Below, piece after piece: positions 26,547 through 42,960 of a stretch of DNA of 64,000 bases; position 1 is the first letter of the stretch, and each line of letters starts with the position of its first letter. Under the pieces are notes generated by a model that was not told the DNA's origin, ran no database searches, and worked only from the letters and a program-made list of their open reading frames with translations. The translations under genes and the position numbers were made by a program. The DNA lies in NCBI GenBank assembly GCA_964016885.1, contig OZ024762.1, positions 17,298,001-17,362,000 on the forward strand, in the 5' to 3' direction. This DNA is from Eledone cirrhosa (Eukaryota).

Positions 26547-27126
26547 TACACACACACATGCCAACTCACACACACCTGTTAAGACATACACAAACATACA
26601 CACGCACACCTGCAAACACATACTCTAATTGAAACACACTCTCACACACAGACACACACACACACACAAGCGACATCTTGTTTCTTGCTGCAACACAGAC
26701 AACAGGTTGACGACACAGAGAGATTGTGTCTGTGTGTACGTCTCGTCTTTCTCTGTGTGTGTGTCTGTGTGTGTGTGTCTCTGTGTGTGTCTGCCTGTGT
26801 ATGTGTCTGTGTGTGTGTGTGTCTGTTTGTGTATGTGTCTCTGTGTGTGTGTGTGTCTGCTTGTGTATGTGTCTGTGTGTGTGTGTCTGTTTGTGTATGT
26901 GAGTGTGTCTGTCTCTCTGTGTGTCTGTTGCTGTATGCGTCTGTGTGTGTGTGTGTGTGTGTGTGTGTCTGTCTGTCTGTGAGAGTGTGTGTGCGTCTAT
27001 CTGTGCATCTGTGTGTCTACGTGCATATTACTGTTGTTGTTGTTGTTGATGATGATGTTGATGATAGTGGTGTGTATGTATGCATATTGCTGTTGTTGAT
27101 GCTGTGTGTGTATATATCTGTTGTTT

Positions 27127-27201
<75 letters not shown>

Positions 27202-27262
27202 GAAGCACCTTTTAACGGATAATGACTTCGATTCACCTTGACTGATTCATCTGTTTGCATCG

Positions 27263-27345
<83 letters not shown>

Positions 27346-27385
27346 AGTGTGTGTGTGCATGTGTGCATATGTGTGTATATATGAG

Positions 27386-27423
<38 letters not shown>

Positions 27424-27554
27424 AGTGTGTGTGTGTGAGTGTGTGTGTGTGCATGTGTGCATATGTGTGTATATATGAGTATATATATATATATATATAT
27501 ATATGAGTGTTTGTGTGTGTGATTGTTGAAAATTTAAGTAGTAGCAACAGCAAC

Positions 27555-27594
<40 letters not shown>

Positions 27595-27932
27595 TTGGTG
27601 GTGGTGGTGGTGGTGGTGGTGGTGCACCATTCACACAAGCTGTGCACTCGAAATGCACCGTCCATAAATATATTGTAAAGCCGCCTCCTGCTTCCATATA
27701 TGGACAACTCTTTATTCTTGCGTGACCCATTAGCAACTAGCACGAGACGGTGACATAGTTTGCTCCACCGATTATTGTCTCAAAATCCTCTGCACCTCTT
27801 CCCCCCCCCCACCCCAACTCCTCCATTTTGATTCATGCTTCATCTTTCTACTCCACACTATTTTTAGCACATCAACCACCTGCCCCTCCCCCCTCTCTCC
27901 TCCATTTTTTCTTCCTTGGTTTACTATCTCTT

Positions 27933-28070
<138 letters not shown>

Positions 28071-28136
28071 CACTGGCACATTATATATATATATATATAC
28101 ATGTATGAATGCATATATATATATAAGTATTGGCAC

Positions 28137-28177
<41 letters not shown>

Positions 28178-28472
28178 GCACATCTGCGAATGCAGAACTC
28201 AATACTAATGAAATGGAATATAACTTGATTAATTTAGTTTCTTACAACATAGCTATGGTGTTTCAGCAAAGCGACACGGCTGTTCGCTGAAGCGTGCAAT
28301 ATATTTTCATCGCTAAAAAAAAAAAAAATCATTTCACTTTACATGTCGTTTAATCCGGAAAATACGTTGGGTCTGTTTTAATCCGGAAGATCTTTACGTG
28401 TGTGGAGTTTACTTACTTATATATGTGTTAGTCCTGGGAATGACATTGTTTCACATAAGCAAACACACGCAT

Positions 28473-28564
<92 letters not shown>

Positions 28565-28812
28565 ACACACACACACACACACAAATATATATATATAATT
28601 AGTTACAACAGTGACATATATATACCTATATATATATATATATATATATATATGCCCACATACATATACGTGCATATGAACGTATGCATATATATATATA
28701 CTCGCATATAAATACATATATACACGCGCACACACACACACACACACGTATATATATATATATATATATATATACGCACATACATACGCACACACCTACA
28801 TGCATACATACG

Positions 28813-28889
<77 letters not shown>

Positions 28890-29249
28890 ATACATACACA
28901 CAAGTGTATTTTGCAGTATTTTGCAGCTAGCATACCCGAATGAGGGGTATTTATCGATAAGTGAACTTGTAGATGGCTGATTGGTTGATTGGTTCAGTAG
29001 ATGGTCGAAGGTTGTGTAGATTGATATATTGGTGTCGATAGATAATTTAAATATCACCAATGAAATCAATAAAAGCAACTTCACCGCATCAAGGGATATC
29101 CTTTTTAATCTATACTGACCTATATATGGTCATATTGATTCTAAAATACCTCTCAGTCAACCAGGCTAGCGAGAGCGTTCATCATGGCGTCCATGTCTTT
29201 AATAATAAACCACAGCTGCTTCTCTCTATATACTCTCTTTCTCTCTCTG

Positions 29250-29280
<31 letters not shown>

Positions 29281-29561
29281 GTCTCTCTCTCTCTCTCTTT
29301 CTCATCTCCTCTCTTTCGCATTCTCTCTCCCCCTCTCTCTATCTCCCCCCCCTCTCTCTATCTACCCCCTCTCTCTATCTATCTCCCCCTCTCTTCTTCC
29401 GTCTACCATTCAGCTTCTACTAATACTACTTTTTTTTCCTCCTATCTCTCTCTCTCTCTCTCCCGTCTCTCTCTCTCTTTCTCTTTCTCTCTCTCTCTCT
29501 CTACATTTCTCCGGTCTAAACACATATACGTAAACAATACACATACACACACATAGATGCA

Positions 29562-29600
<39 letters not shown>

Positions 29601-29821
29601 CGTATATTCACCTGCGGTTCGATTCACAAACTTACCATTTCCCAGCATTCTCTGCAAATATGACCCAATCACCATCACAAGCGCATTGACACGTCCAGGA
29701 CTCTCTTTCTCTCTCTCTTTCTCCCATCCCCCTCTCTCTCTCACACATACATATACACACACACATACATTCATTCATACATACACACACACACACCTTT
29801 CATTCTTAAATAGAGGAGAAT

Positions 29822-29864
<43 letters not shown>

Positions 29865-29899
29865 CGCACGCACACGAATATGGACACACACATAGATAT

Positions 29900-29970
29900 A
29901 TGGGAAGGAATAAACCCGACCGCGACGCCGAGCGGTTTCGCTCGTAATCTGCAACCTTTTTCAAGTGTGT

Positions 29971-29975
<5 letters not shown>
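29900..29975 (-). other. 3' half of an HHR in a TA-embedded cassette
   Basis: rc: gagc GAAA ccgc tcggcgtc gcgg TC gggttt; helix III and the UC site are present, CUGANGA is absent. Confidence 0.45.
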
Positions 29976-30004
<29 letters not shown>

Positions 30005-30426
30005 GTTCGATTCCAAAGGCTTGTGCTGTCATTTACACAGCCTACAATTATATGTAAATATACATTCATTCAAACATGCATGCATATACACATATGCACA
30101 TACATACATACATATATACATACATACATACATACATGTACACATGCATACATATTCTTTTTGTCCCTCATCCCATATCTTCTTTCTCGCACCAGTCTCG
30201 GTGGTGATGAAAAGTGTTAAGGGCACTCCCTGACCTTCTTTTCGTTTACTGGTTTCCCTCACTTTCTGGCATGCTATAAGAATATAGAAAGGGAAAGATG
30301 TGGCCGTGCTGAAAGATGTGCCGGAAAGACAATGCATGCGTGATAAAAAGGGGTTTAATTAAATAAATAAATACATAGGTGAGAGATATAAGAAGTGGAG
30401 AGGAGAGAGAGAGAATGTGTGTGTGT

Positions 30427-30526
<100 letters not shown>

Positions 30527-30694
30527 AAAGCCAAAGGGGCTAGCCAGCAGTCGGCCTCAAGTTTCCCTTTATATGTGGCTGGTTCCTATCTGAAGAAACT
30601 CCAAGGCATCCGAATATTGGATCAGAGTTAATTATTTAATCACACACACACACACACATATATATATACGTATATATATATATATATATATACG

Positions 30695-30729
<35 letters not shown>

Positions 30730-30819
30730 GCATATACATGCACACACGCACATACATACACATCCACACACATAGATACAAATAGATAGACACACATATA
30801 TGTATACATGTATATATAG

Positions 30820-31065
30820 TGAAGGAGTGTGGTTTAGTGGTTAGATAGTTGGATTTGCAGTGGTGAGGTTGCGAGTTCAATTCTCGAATCGGGTGAGGCG
30901 TTCTGGCCTTAAGCAAGACACTTTATTTCACGGTTTTCCTTCGGCCAGGAGTTGCACCCAGTAGATTGTAGATAGTATTAGCAACTAGAAAGACCAATGG
31001 AAACATTGCTTCTTTGGTCCGATTTGACGAGGGCGACCCCACTCGGCAAGCGAATGAGATCTGGG
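30820..31065 (+). mobile_element. Second SINE family copy with repeat B tail
   Basis: A-box-like tggtttagtgg, B-box-like gagttcaattc, core gcaagacactttatttcacg, then repeat B. Confidence 0.75.
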
Positions 31066-31082
31066 ATCGATATATATATATG

Positions 31083-31288
31083 TAAAACAAAGCAATTGTG
31101 GTAAGGAACCAAATGGACCATAACGCACCAGAGTACTCAATACTTAGGGTAGTAGAGTGGGAAATAGGAAAAAGTATGACCCCGACAGCAGAGCTCAAGC
31201 CGTTTCGACGACTATTTCTGGACTCAGTGTCCAGAAATAGCCGTCGAAACGGCTTGAGCTCTGCCGTCGGGGTCATACTTTTTCCTAT
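31083..31288 (-). mobile_element. Fold-back Penelope-like cassette (family A)
   Basis: 60-bp arms 31164-31223 and 31229-31288 (2 mismatches) centred on the helix II loop; family tail at 31083-31163 on the minus strand; TA flanks. Confidence 0.75.
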
Positions 31289-31481
31289 ATATATAGATAG
31301 ATAGATGCACACAGGTTCATGAGGCGACGGCGGGGATGAACCTGGAAAGAAGGAAGTAAGGAAAGAAGGAAGGAGTTAATGGCTGCTATGAATGGACAGA
31401 AAGGTTTTACTACATGGTGTTGTAAAGTGACAACAAACATATACATGAGTGTATGCATACACATACACACACAAGCATATA

Positions 31482-31528
<47 letters not shown>

Positions 31529-31737
31529 TTATATATATACACTGACACACGCACACACATATATATGCACACAAGCATATATATATATTTACGCACACAC
31601 ATATATATATATATATACACTGACACATGGACACATGCATATATATATACACACACACACATATATATATATTTATATATATACACTTACACACGCACAC
31701 ACATATATATATGCACACATGCATATATATGTGTATG

Positions 31738-31777
<40 letters not shown>

Positions 31778-31810
31778 CATGTGTGTGTGTATATATATAT
31801 ATAATATATA

Positions 31811-31883
<73 letters not shown>

Positions 31884-33146
31884 TATTCGCGTGTGCAACA
31901 ATACCCCCACCCCGCTAAGCAGGGAGGAGAGGGGGGTGTTATTGTTGCTGTTGTTGCTGTCGTTGTCGTTTGTGGCGGTGGCGGTGGTTCTGCCGTTGAA
32001 GACCGTAGAAAGTATTGGCTTGAACCATATACATACAACCAATACTATATATGGCAATGAGACGCTGTAGAGCGAGGTGGCGTGGAGAGAGAGCGTGTGA
32101 GTGAGTGTAAGGAAGAGTTAGCGAACGAGAGAGAGAGACACTGTGTGTGTGAATGAGAGAAAAACAGGGTGAGAGAGAGAGAGCAAGCCCGGATTTGATT
32201 GATACAGTTGTCGCTGCACATTGCATCACACACGACGAACGGCAGAGCAGCATTGAACGAGAGCGGAGTAGAGGGTGGAGTGGAGGGTGGTGTGGAGTGG
32301 AAGGTGGAGTGGGGGACGGAGTAAGCTTGTATGAACGGCAAAGGTACGGGAGAAAAATGAATGAGCGAGAGAGAATCGGCAACAGGTGGTGTTGATTGTG
32401 TTGTTACTGTTGTAGTTGTTATTGCTGTTATTGTTATTGTTATTGCTGCTGTTGATGATGGTGATGGTGGTGGTGGTGGCAGTAGCGATGGTGGTGGTGG
32501 TGGTGGTGGCGGCTGCGGCAGTGATGGCGGTGGTGGTGGTGGTGGATTTAATAGATACGACTGTGTGATGAGGGAGATGATAATGATAACGAGGAGGAGG
32601 TTGAAGGAGAGAGAGAGAGAGAGAGAGAGCGAGAAGGGGGGAGAGTGTGAGGAGTGGCGGAGAGAGAGAGGGGGGCGAGAGGTGTGGTGATGAGGAGGTG
32701 GTGTGTAGGGTTAGAGGGAGGCGTGTATAGCTATGCGTATATGGTAAGAGATGGAAAACTGTGAATGGTTTGGTGGTTTCGTTGAAGAAATGTAAGATTT
32801 GTAACACATCTCACTGTGAATGGTTTGGTTGGAAGGGACTGGGAGGGATGCGCTGGTGTGTTTTCTTTCTATTCATGAAATAAAACGTAGAGACATAAAC
32901 ACATACACACATACACATACAAAATACGTTTTACATACATATATACAAACATACGTGCGTGCATACACACACACACATATATATATATATAATATATATA
33001 TATACATATATATATACACATACACATTATATATATATGTATATAATATACAGTATATATATATGTGTGTGTGCATATATGTTTATATATATATGTATGC
33101 ACACACACACACATATATATATATTTATATATATATGTATATATAT

Positions 33147-33207
<61 letters not shown>

Positions 33208-33302
33208 CATATATGTATGTTTACATATATATGTATGCATGTGTGTATCTATATATATATATATGTTTATACATATATGTATGTTTACATATATATGTAT
33301 GC

Positions 33303-33349
<47 letters not shown>

Positions 33350-35076
33350 CACATATATGTATGCATGTATATATATATATGTATGCATATTTTATTTTTT
33401 TTAAATGTATGTATATATATATATATATATATGTATGTATATGTTTATATAAAAATATACACACACACACACACACACATATATATGTACACTCGCGCGC
33501 GCGCGCACACATATATATATATGTACACACACAAGTCGTAAGATATGTGTAAAACGTGTATTTCCCCGTGCTATATATATATATATACATACACATATAT
33601 ATATACATACACACATATATATATACACACACACGCACTGTGTGTTCACGCGCGTGCGTGCACTGCATGGTGGTTTAGTATTAGTGTTGTACAGCACTTC
33701 CTTATATAGCAATGACAATAAACACATGTACACTTCCAATGTATGTGAACGAACATGCTACATAATCGAAGTTGTGTGTGTATGTATGTATGTGTGTATA
33801 TAGATATATATGTGTGTATATAGATATATATGTATGTAGGTGTAGATATATATATATATATGTGTATATATATGTGTGTGTATGTGTGTGTGTGTATTGT
33901 TTACGCATATGTCTGTATGTGTATCTTTACTTATCTGTGTGTGTGTGTGTATGTTGTTTACGCATATGTGTATGTGTATTTTTACTTATCTGTGTATGTG
34001 TGTATGTTGTTTACACATGTGTGTATGTGTATTTTTACTTATCTGTGTGTATGTGTGTGTGTATGTTGTTTACGCATATGTGTGTATGTGTATTTTTACA
34101 TATCTGTGTATGTGTGTATGTTGTTTACACATGTGTGTATGTGTATTTTTACTTATCTGTGTGTATGTGTGCGTGTATGTTGTTTACGCATATGAGTGTA
34201 TGTGTATTTTTACACAAGTGTGTGTGAGTGCATCTACTTATGTGTCCGTATTTGCCTTTATGTATGTATATGTATGTATTTGTGTGTATATTTATGTATG
34301 TATGCGTTTGTATGCATATGCATGTGTATAGATGTATGTATGTATGTATGAATGTATATATCTGCTTATGTATGTATGTATCTGTTTTATGTGTTTATGT
34401 ATGTATAGACGTATGTATGTGTGTGTGTAACTATGTGTGTGTTGTTGTTATCGCGGCTAACACCTATATAGGTTTAATCGGTCTTCCATAAGGTTGCAAC
34501 AACAACAACAATAACAACAACAACATCAACAACAACAGCAGCAACAACAACAACAATAACAACAGCAACACCTACAACAGCAACAACAACAACAGCAACA
34601 GCAACAACAGCATCAACAACAACAATAACAACAGCAACAACAACAGCATCAACAACAACAGCAACAATAACAACAGCAGCAACAACAGCAGCAACAACAA
34701 GAACAACACAAGTTAATTCAATGTTTTAGAAAATATTGAAGTTTATTCTTCACTTTAACAAAGACCTTATTTTTTGCCATGGATGGCCCCTAAAATTTCA
34801 GGCATTCATGAAACACATCCCCACCCAATACCCCCCCCCCCCCATACACGTTGCTCCCTCTACCAGGTGTAGCAACCATCAGATAGCACCATCAGTAGAT
34901 AGACCAATGGAAACATTGTTTCTTTGATTCGATCTATTGATCCGCTCGTTTACTTTCCTTCTGCCAGGAGTTTCAAATGACAGACAGTTTGACCAATGGA
35001 AAAAAACGATGGAAGCATTGTATCGTTGGTCTGGCCACCGGCTCATTTCTTTTACTAGACTACCATCTTTGATACA

Positions 35077-35400
35077 GGCTCAAATATTTCGTACCTTGGC
35101 TCAAATATTTCGTGCCTTGGCTCAAATATTTCGTACCTTGGCTCAAATATTTCGTACCTTGGCTCAAATATTTCGTGCCTTGGCTCAAATATTTCGTACC
35201 TTGGCTCAAATATTTCGTACCTTGGCTCAAATATTTCGTGCCTTGGCTCAAATATTTCGTACCTTGGCTCAAATATTTCGTACCTTGGCTCAAATATTTC
35301 GTACCTTGGCTCAAATATTTCGTACCTAGGCTCAAATATTTCGTACCTTGGCACAAATATTTCGTACCTTGGCTCAAATATTTTCATACCTCGGCTCAAA
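35077..35400. repeat. 21-bp minisatellite, about 15 copies
   Basis: Unit ggctcaaatatttcgt(a/g)cctt. Confidence 0.97.
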
Positions 35401-35592
35401 TGTACGTTACAGATGTGTGCTATGTGATGGCCACTATGTATATATGTCAGAAGTTTAAATAATTTAAATGGAGAGGTTTTAGGTGGGACAGTGTGTGTGT
35501 GTGTTTGGGGTTTGTATGGTGTGTTTGTGTGTATGTATGGAGTATGTGTGTGTGTGTGAGTGTGTTAACATGTACAATACATATATATATAT

Positions 35593-36094
35593 ATCATCAT
35601 CATCATCGTCATCATCATCATTTTACGTCCGCTTTTCCCTGCTTGCAAGGGTGGGACAGGTCCTATTCAGCACAGCATCTCTCCACTTGTCACGGTCCTT
35701 CGTCATCTCCACCGTGAGCTTCAGCTATCTGAGGTTTGTTCTCACCACCTCCGCCCATGTTTTTCGTGGTCTACCTCTACCACGTCTTCCTTCAACTGGC
35801 ATTTCCTGGCACTTCTTCACCCATCGGTCATCCTCCATGCGCATCACATGTCCAAGCCACCGCAGTCTCCTCTCTCGCACACTACATTCTATCCCTCTCA
35901 GACACAGTTTCTCTCTCAACACATCCATACTGGGTCCATTGCACATCCAACGGAGCATACTTGCCTCATTTCTCTCCAGCCGTCGCATATCCCCTGCAGT
36001 TGCTGCCCAAGTCTCACTACCATGCAGCATTGCGCTCCTCACACAGGCATCATATAACCAGCCTTTCGTACGCAGGGAGAAACCCTTCTTCATT

Positions 36095-36097
<3 letters not shown>
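35593..36097 (-). pseudogene. RTE-clade LINE 3' fragment with (GAT)n tail
   Basis: [20 protein letters not shown]...RERRLRWLGHVMRMEDDRWVKK...GRRGRGRPRKTW; one in-frame stop before the natural end; microsatellite tail. Confidence 0.92.
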
Positions 36098-36166
<69 letters not shown>

Positions 36167-36357
36167 TATATATATGTATGTATGTATATATGGTTGTATA
36201 TATGTATGTTGGTATGTATATATATATTTTTGTTTGTATGTATGTATGTGTGTATGTATATATTCAGGTGTTTGTATGCATGTATGCATGTATGATTGGA
36301 TATACGTATGAATATGTATGTATGTGTATATGTAGATGTATGTATGTGTGTGTGTTC

Positions 36358-36406
<49 letters not shown>

Positions 36407-37164
36407 GGTGTATCTATATATATTCAGGTGTATCTATGTATGTATGATTGCATATACGTATGAATATGTATGTATGTATGTGTATATGTAGATGTATGTG
36501 TGTGTTCGTATATATATATATATATTCAGGTGTATTTATATATATTCAGGTGTATCTATGTATGTATGCATGTGTTTCTGTCTATACATATACACTCACA
36601 CACATACACATATATGCATATATATATATACACATATAAATATATATAAATATATAAATGCGTGTGTGTGTGGGAGGTGTGCAAGATTTGAAACAACAAC
36701 AACGACAACCACAACATCAGCTAATTATAATAAAATATACTTCAATGAAATTTACAAAAATAAAATATTTTTTTCTTCAATGCTGGAGATGTAGTTCTGC
36801 GCATGCGTCTAATTTGGACTTTTTCCATTATTGGAAACCAAACGAGTCTCAATGAGAAATATTCTGCGACGACGGCGGGGGGGGGGGGATCCCTCCTCAT
36901 CTCTGTCTCCTCCACCCACCCCTTCCTCCTCCTTCCTCTCCTTGTCTCTGTAATCTCTCTCTCTCTCTCTCTCTTTCATTTCGCTGTTATTATTTTTCTT
37001 TCTTTCTTTCTATACCCGGTCGAATGTCTTTGGTAAATCGCCCTATCAACACACACACACATACATACACACACACACACACACGCACATATATATAGAT
37101 AGATATAGGTATGTATGTGTGTGTGTGTGTGTGTGTGTGTGCACTTATGTAAATACTTTTACTT

Positions 37165-37197
<33 letters not shown>

Positions 37198-37247
37198 ACA
37201 CACGCGCGCACACACACATATATGCACATGTACACACACACACACAC

Positions 37248-37281
<34 letters not shown>

Positions 37282-37340
37282 TGCACAAACACAGGTACAC
37301 TCATGCACATACATACACACATATATATATATAGATATAG

Positions 37341-37384
<44 letters not shown>

Positions 37385-37754
37385 ACTTATGCAAATACTT
37401 TTACTTCCGCATTCATATTTCACCACACACACACACACACACACACACACCGTAACACATTCCAATGAATGGTTGTTCTGTGTCATTGAACACATATTAT
37501 TGATAGAGAGAGAGAGGGGGGGTGATGGTGGTGGGGGGGGGGGGGAGAAGGAAGAGGAAAAAAAAGATTATATTAAGGCGGAGAGAGTAAATAAATATGA
37601 TGATGATGATGGTGGTGGTGGTGAAGTTAGCAATGGTGGGAGAGCTGGTCTGGGCTGAGGTGGAGGTGGTGGTAGTGGCGGCGGTGGTGGTGGTGGAGTG
37701 ATAGAGGAGTGGCAGGAGGAGAGGCAATACGATCAATCGAATAATCTAGAAACG

Positions 37755-37795
<41 letters not shown>

Positions 37796-38227
37796 AGGAG
37801 AATCGAAGGAGAGTAAGAAGAAAATGGCGACGATAGGAAATGCAGAGAGAGAGAGAGAGAGAGAGCGCGAGAGAGAGAGAGTGAGAGTGAGAATGGAAAA
37901 AGAAGAAGGAGAGTTAAGGGGAGATAAATTTACTATCGGATGTGTTGACAAGATGCCGTAGACATACACACATACCATATATGGTGATGCTTTCTTGAAC
38001 GAAGTCCCCGGACTTGCTAGCAACTTTATTAATGCATTCGGGAAATTGTAAGCGTGCATTGCAATTCAACAACACGTGCTGGGCCTTTTATGAAGAAACT
38101 ATTACCTTAATCATCCTACACACTTTGTCACACAACAATATAAGATGTGTAAAAATACGCAATTCATAATATATGAATGTGTGTGTATATATATGTGTGT
38201 ATATATATATATAAGTGTGTGTGTATA

Positions 38228-38342
38228 TATATATTCATATATTACTATCGTGTAGAAGTTGTTGCTTTCACCTTTTGCATATATTATAAATTGTCCACAA
38301 GCCCACACACAAATATGAACGAACGAACACATACACACTCAT

Positions 38343-38426
<84 letters not shown>

Positions 38427-38521
38427 TCATATATTACTATCGTGTAGAAGTTGTTGCTTTCACCTTTTGCATATATTATAAATTGTCCACAAGTCCACAC
38501 ACAAATATGAACAAACGAACG

Positions 38522-38522
<1 letters not shown>
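38228..38522. repeat. Local duplication of a block of about 100 bp separated by microsatellite
   Basis: atattcatatattactatcgtgtagaagttgttgctttcacc...aaatatgaac at about 38231 and 38422. Confidence 0.9.
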
Positions 38523-38612
<90 letters not shown>

Positions 38613-38793
38613 ATATGCATACATATATGTATGCAGGTGGTTTTGTGAGATATATCTATGTGCGTGCATGTATGTTTATATTTGTGTGTATATATATATA
38701 GATATATATATATATTGTAATAATAATAAATATAAGAACCGTAGAGCAAGCGATTCTTTGCTTAAACTTTAATCTGTTATTTTAATAAATATA

Positions 38794-38829
<36 letters not shown>

Positions 38830-38854
38830 TGTATGTATGTATGTATGTATGTAT

Positions 38855-38884
<30 letters not shown>

Positions 38885-38886
<2 letters not shown>

Positions 38887-39165
38887 TGAAATTAGCATGC
38901 AAGTGGCAGAGCATTCCACAGACACGTGTATCCTTAACGTAATTCTCAGGAAGATTCAGCCCGAGGCATTGTATGACAAGGTAGTAACCGTTGTCTGGTC
39001 CTTATGAACTTTACACTGCAAGTGCAGTTCATCTAGTGGGCTTCCACACAATCACCGTCTACCAAGTGTCACTCGCAAGGGCATGACTGAACCTGACACT
39101 AGGGACGCTGGGCACGCTCTGGGATCGAACTCCTGACCCCCATGACACCATCATTGCAAACCCTG
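38885..39165 (-). mobile_element. Degenerate SINE-like remnants
   Basis: gggatcgaactc is the reverse complement of a B-box; ccacagacacgtgta.ccttaacgta.ttctc is recalled from octopus dispersed repeats. Confidence 0.5.
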
Positions 39166-39249
39166 CGTCCACACAGACACACACAGACACACACACATAC
39201 AGATATACACACACACGCGCACATACATACAGATATACATACATACACG

Positions 39250-39307
<58 letters not shown>

Positions 39308-39335
39308 CACACGCACTCATACATACACACATATA

Positions 39336-39428
39336 GAGGGTGTCCCCATGTATACAATAAGGCTGTGCATTCTAATAAATATTGCCTGTACAGGTAATCA
39401 AAGTGTGTATACATTTTTGGGGGACACC

Positions 39429-39431
<3 letters not shown>
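39336..39431. mobile_element. 96-bp Tc1/mariner-type MITE
   Basis: TA-gagggtgtcccca ... gggacaccctc-TA. Confidence 0.8.
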
Positions 39432-39513
<82 letters not shown>

Positions 39514-40097
39514 CATACTCATACTGAGGCAACAACGAATGCAAGTCAGAGGCAAGTCCTGCTCCAGTATGGTCAGGTCTTCGTTGGTCTCTAATCCAAT
39601 TAATAGAGCATGCATACACTTATACACATCTTGATAGGCCTGCTAAAAATAACAGCCGAATCTACCTCAAACCACAGCCAGACGCTGTGTTGTATGAGGG
39701 TCATTATAAACCGATTAGTTGGTCATGGATGGAACGCCTTTCGTGAAAGTTTTCTTCTGTCATGGCTGACATTGGTGGCAAAAAAGCAACTACAACTACA
39801 ACAACAACAACAACAAACAATAACAGTTGCAAATACAAGAATAGCAACAACAACAACAACAACTATCACAACAACAACAACAACAACAACAACAGCACCA
39901 TTGACACAACCTCAACAGTAACAACAACAACAATAATTTAATTAACTGTTGTTTTATGTTTTGTGGTGTGACATATATATATGTTTGTGTGTGTATGTAT
40001 CTATCTATGTATGTATATATGTGTGTATATATATATGAATAAAGTTAGTCCTTCATCAGTGATCTTATATATATATATATATATATATACACATACA

Positions 40098-40149
<52 letters not shown>

Positions 40150-40263
40150 CATGTGTGTGTGTGTATATATATATATATGAATGCATATCTATATATATAT
40201 ATGTGTGTGTGTGTATATGTATGTGTATATATATACATATGTGTATGTATATATGTATGCATA

Positions 40264-40313
<50 letters not shown>

Positions 40314-40795
40314 TGTGTGTGTGTATGCGTGTGTGTATGTGTATATATATGTATGTGTATGTGTATATATATGTGTGTATATATATATGCGTGTATGTAT
40401 GTGTATATATATATATATATACATATGTGTATGTATATATGTATGCATATCTCTCTCTCTCTATATATATATATATATGTGTGTGCGTGTGTGTGTATGC
40501 GTGAGTGTATGTGTATATATATGTATGTGTATGTGTATATATATGTGTGTATATATATATGCGTGTATGTATGTGTATATATATATATATATGTGTGTGT
40601 ATATGTATTTCATTAAGATATATTTCCGAATGGATCTACCTCAACCTCCGAGGTTGTCTTTCCTGGTTTATTAATAAAAATCCAAGAGAAATTTCCAGAA
40701 ACTATTTCTATATCGTCTGCTCGCTTCCAGTCGGTTTTCACATCTTTGTCTGTGTGTCCGTCACCTCTGTCTCTTTTATTGGAAACATTCACACA

Positions 40796-40894
<99 letters not shown>

Positions 40895-40927
40895 ACACAC
40901 GTATATTATATATATATATATACACAC

Positions 40928-40977
<50 letters not shown>

Positions 40978-41016
40978 GCATACACACACGTATATTATAT
41001 ATATATATATACACAC

Positions 41017-41056
<40 letters not shown>

Positions 41057-41095
41057 GCATACACACACGTATATTATATATATATATATACACAC

Positions 41096-41152
<57 letters not shown>

Positions 41153-41163
41153 TACACACACGC

Positions 41164-41206
<43 letters not shown>

Positions 41207-41260
41207 TATATAAATTATCTACGTGTGCATGCACATAAACATATACATACATACTTATAC

Positions 41261-41540
41261 CAGGGTATTTAGCACCCTAGACTAGCTTTACAATGTGTAC
41301 CTGGGTATTTAGCCCCCTAGGTTAGCTCTAAAATGTGTATCAGGATATTTAGTACCCTTAGCTAGCTCTACTATGTATACCTGGGTATTTAGCACTCTAG
41401 ACTAGCTCTACAATGTGTACTCTGGTATTTAGCCCCCTAGGTTAGCTCTAAAATGTGTATCAGGATATTTAGTACCCTTAGCTAGCTCTACTATGTATAC
41501 CTGGGTATTTAGCACTCTAGGCTAGCTCTACAATGTGTGC
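41261..41540. repeat. 40-bp minisatellite, 7 monomers, with a 120-bp higher-order unit
   Basis: 41341-41400 is identical to 41461-41520, while adjacent monomers are diverged. Confidence 0.92.
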
Positions 41541-41668
41541 AAAATATATTCAATTTACAGTTTGATAAGCTGAAGAAGCTAGTTTTTTTACATTTCTTTT
41601 TCTGACAACTGCTCGGCCTGCATTTCCTGCGAGGGAATAAGGAACTAAATATGGCCGATACATTAGGC

Positions 41669-41850
41669 CAGGGTTTCCCAAACCTTTTCGAACATGGAAC
41701 CCTTTTTTGTTCAGAAACTTTTGGGGGAACCCCGAAGTCTAATACTATTATATGGTTGTAATATAAATATACTCCTCTACCATTTTTTATGGAACCCCAG
41801 AAAGTTCTTTGCGTGGAAGGGTTCTGCGGAATCCACTTTGGGAACCACTG
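41669..41850. mobile_element. hAT (Charlie-like) MITE
   Basis: TIRs cagggtttcccaaa / tttgggaaccactg; 8-bp TSD not conserved. Confidence 0.7.
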
Positions 41851-42146
41851 CTCTATGGAAATGGTTTACTACAGCAATGGTGACCCAGTTAAATGTTGCT
41901 TTATTTAACTAGGTCAACAAAATGGTGACCTAGTTCGTTAGTTAGACATCGTTCACTTATTCAATATGACACCACACAAAAAAACGACACAAACAACAAC
42001 ACAGGACCAGATTTAGACCTTGGAGCCCCCAGAGGTAGTTCAGTTTTTAGTGCTCCCCTTCCTCAAATAACACACAAACACACGTACACATATATATATA
42101 TATATATGTACACACACACACACACACATACACACACACACACATG

Positions 42147-42192
<46 letters not shown>

Positions 42193-42215
42193 CATATATG
42201 GTGGGGGGTGTATAC

Positions 42216-42246
<31 letters not shown>

Positions 42247-42261
42247 AAGAAAGAGAGAGAG

Positions 42262-42315
<54 letters not shown>

Positions 42316-42542
42316 GTCTCTGTTTAATGATGTTGGTGGTTAGAGCATTCCCCCACCGGTCCTGCAACAACAACAACAACAGCAACAAAAACTGTAGGTG
42401 CAGTGTTTTGAGGGTTTGAAAATAAAAGTTTATTGCAGACCTTAACGCAGATGAAATGAGAGGAAGATGGCCAAAATACTGGAATTTAGACAACTTTACT
42501 GACAGATTCCTTTAGGTGTTGGCTCCCATCCAGACCCCTGAT

Positions 42543-42914
42543 CAGAGCCGGATTTAGGACAAACGAGGCCCTGTGCTAGTTAAGTTATGAGGCCCCTTAC
42601 TTGTGCTCTGAAGGAGGTAAAGCATTTTGGGTGGCAGGAAAATGGCTTCCAGCGGGTCACCTCTTGTCCGTTGAGTTTTATTTTTATGGGGCTTTGAGCG
42701 ATCCCCTCTTCCCGAAAGATGGCTTACAACGCAATCTCTCGTATCAGTGCTGCCCGTCAAGATTGTGTTTAAAGGTCTGTTTTTGTTGTAGTTACCTTTG
42801 TCGGTCGTTGTAGACGGGTCACCGCGGGCCTTGCTGTTCGTTTGTTGAGTTTTTTATCGGGCTCTGAGCGAGTCTATTTTCCCAAAAGATAGCTTCAAAT
42901 TGCTGCTATTGTGC

Positions 42915-42960
<46 letters not shown>

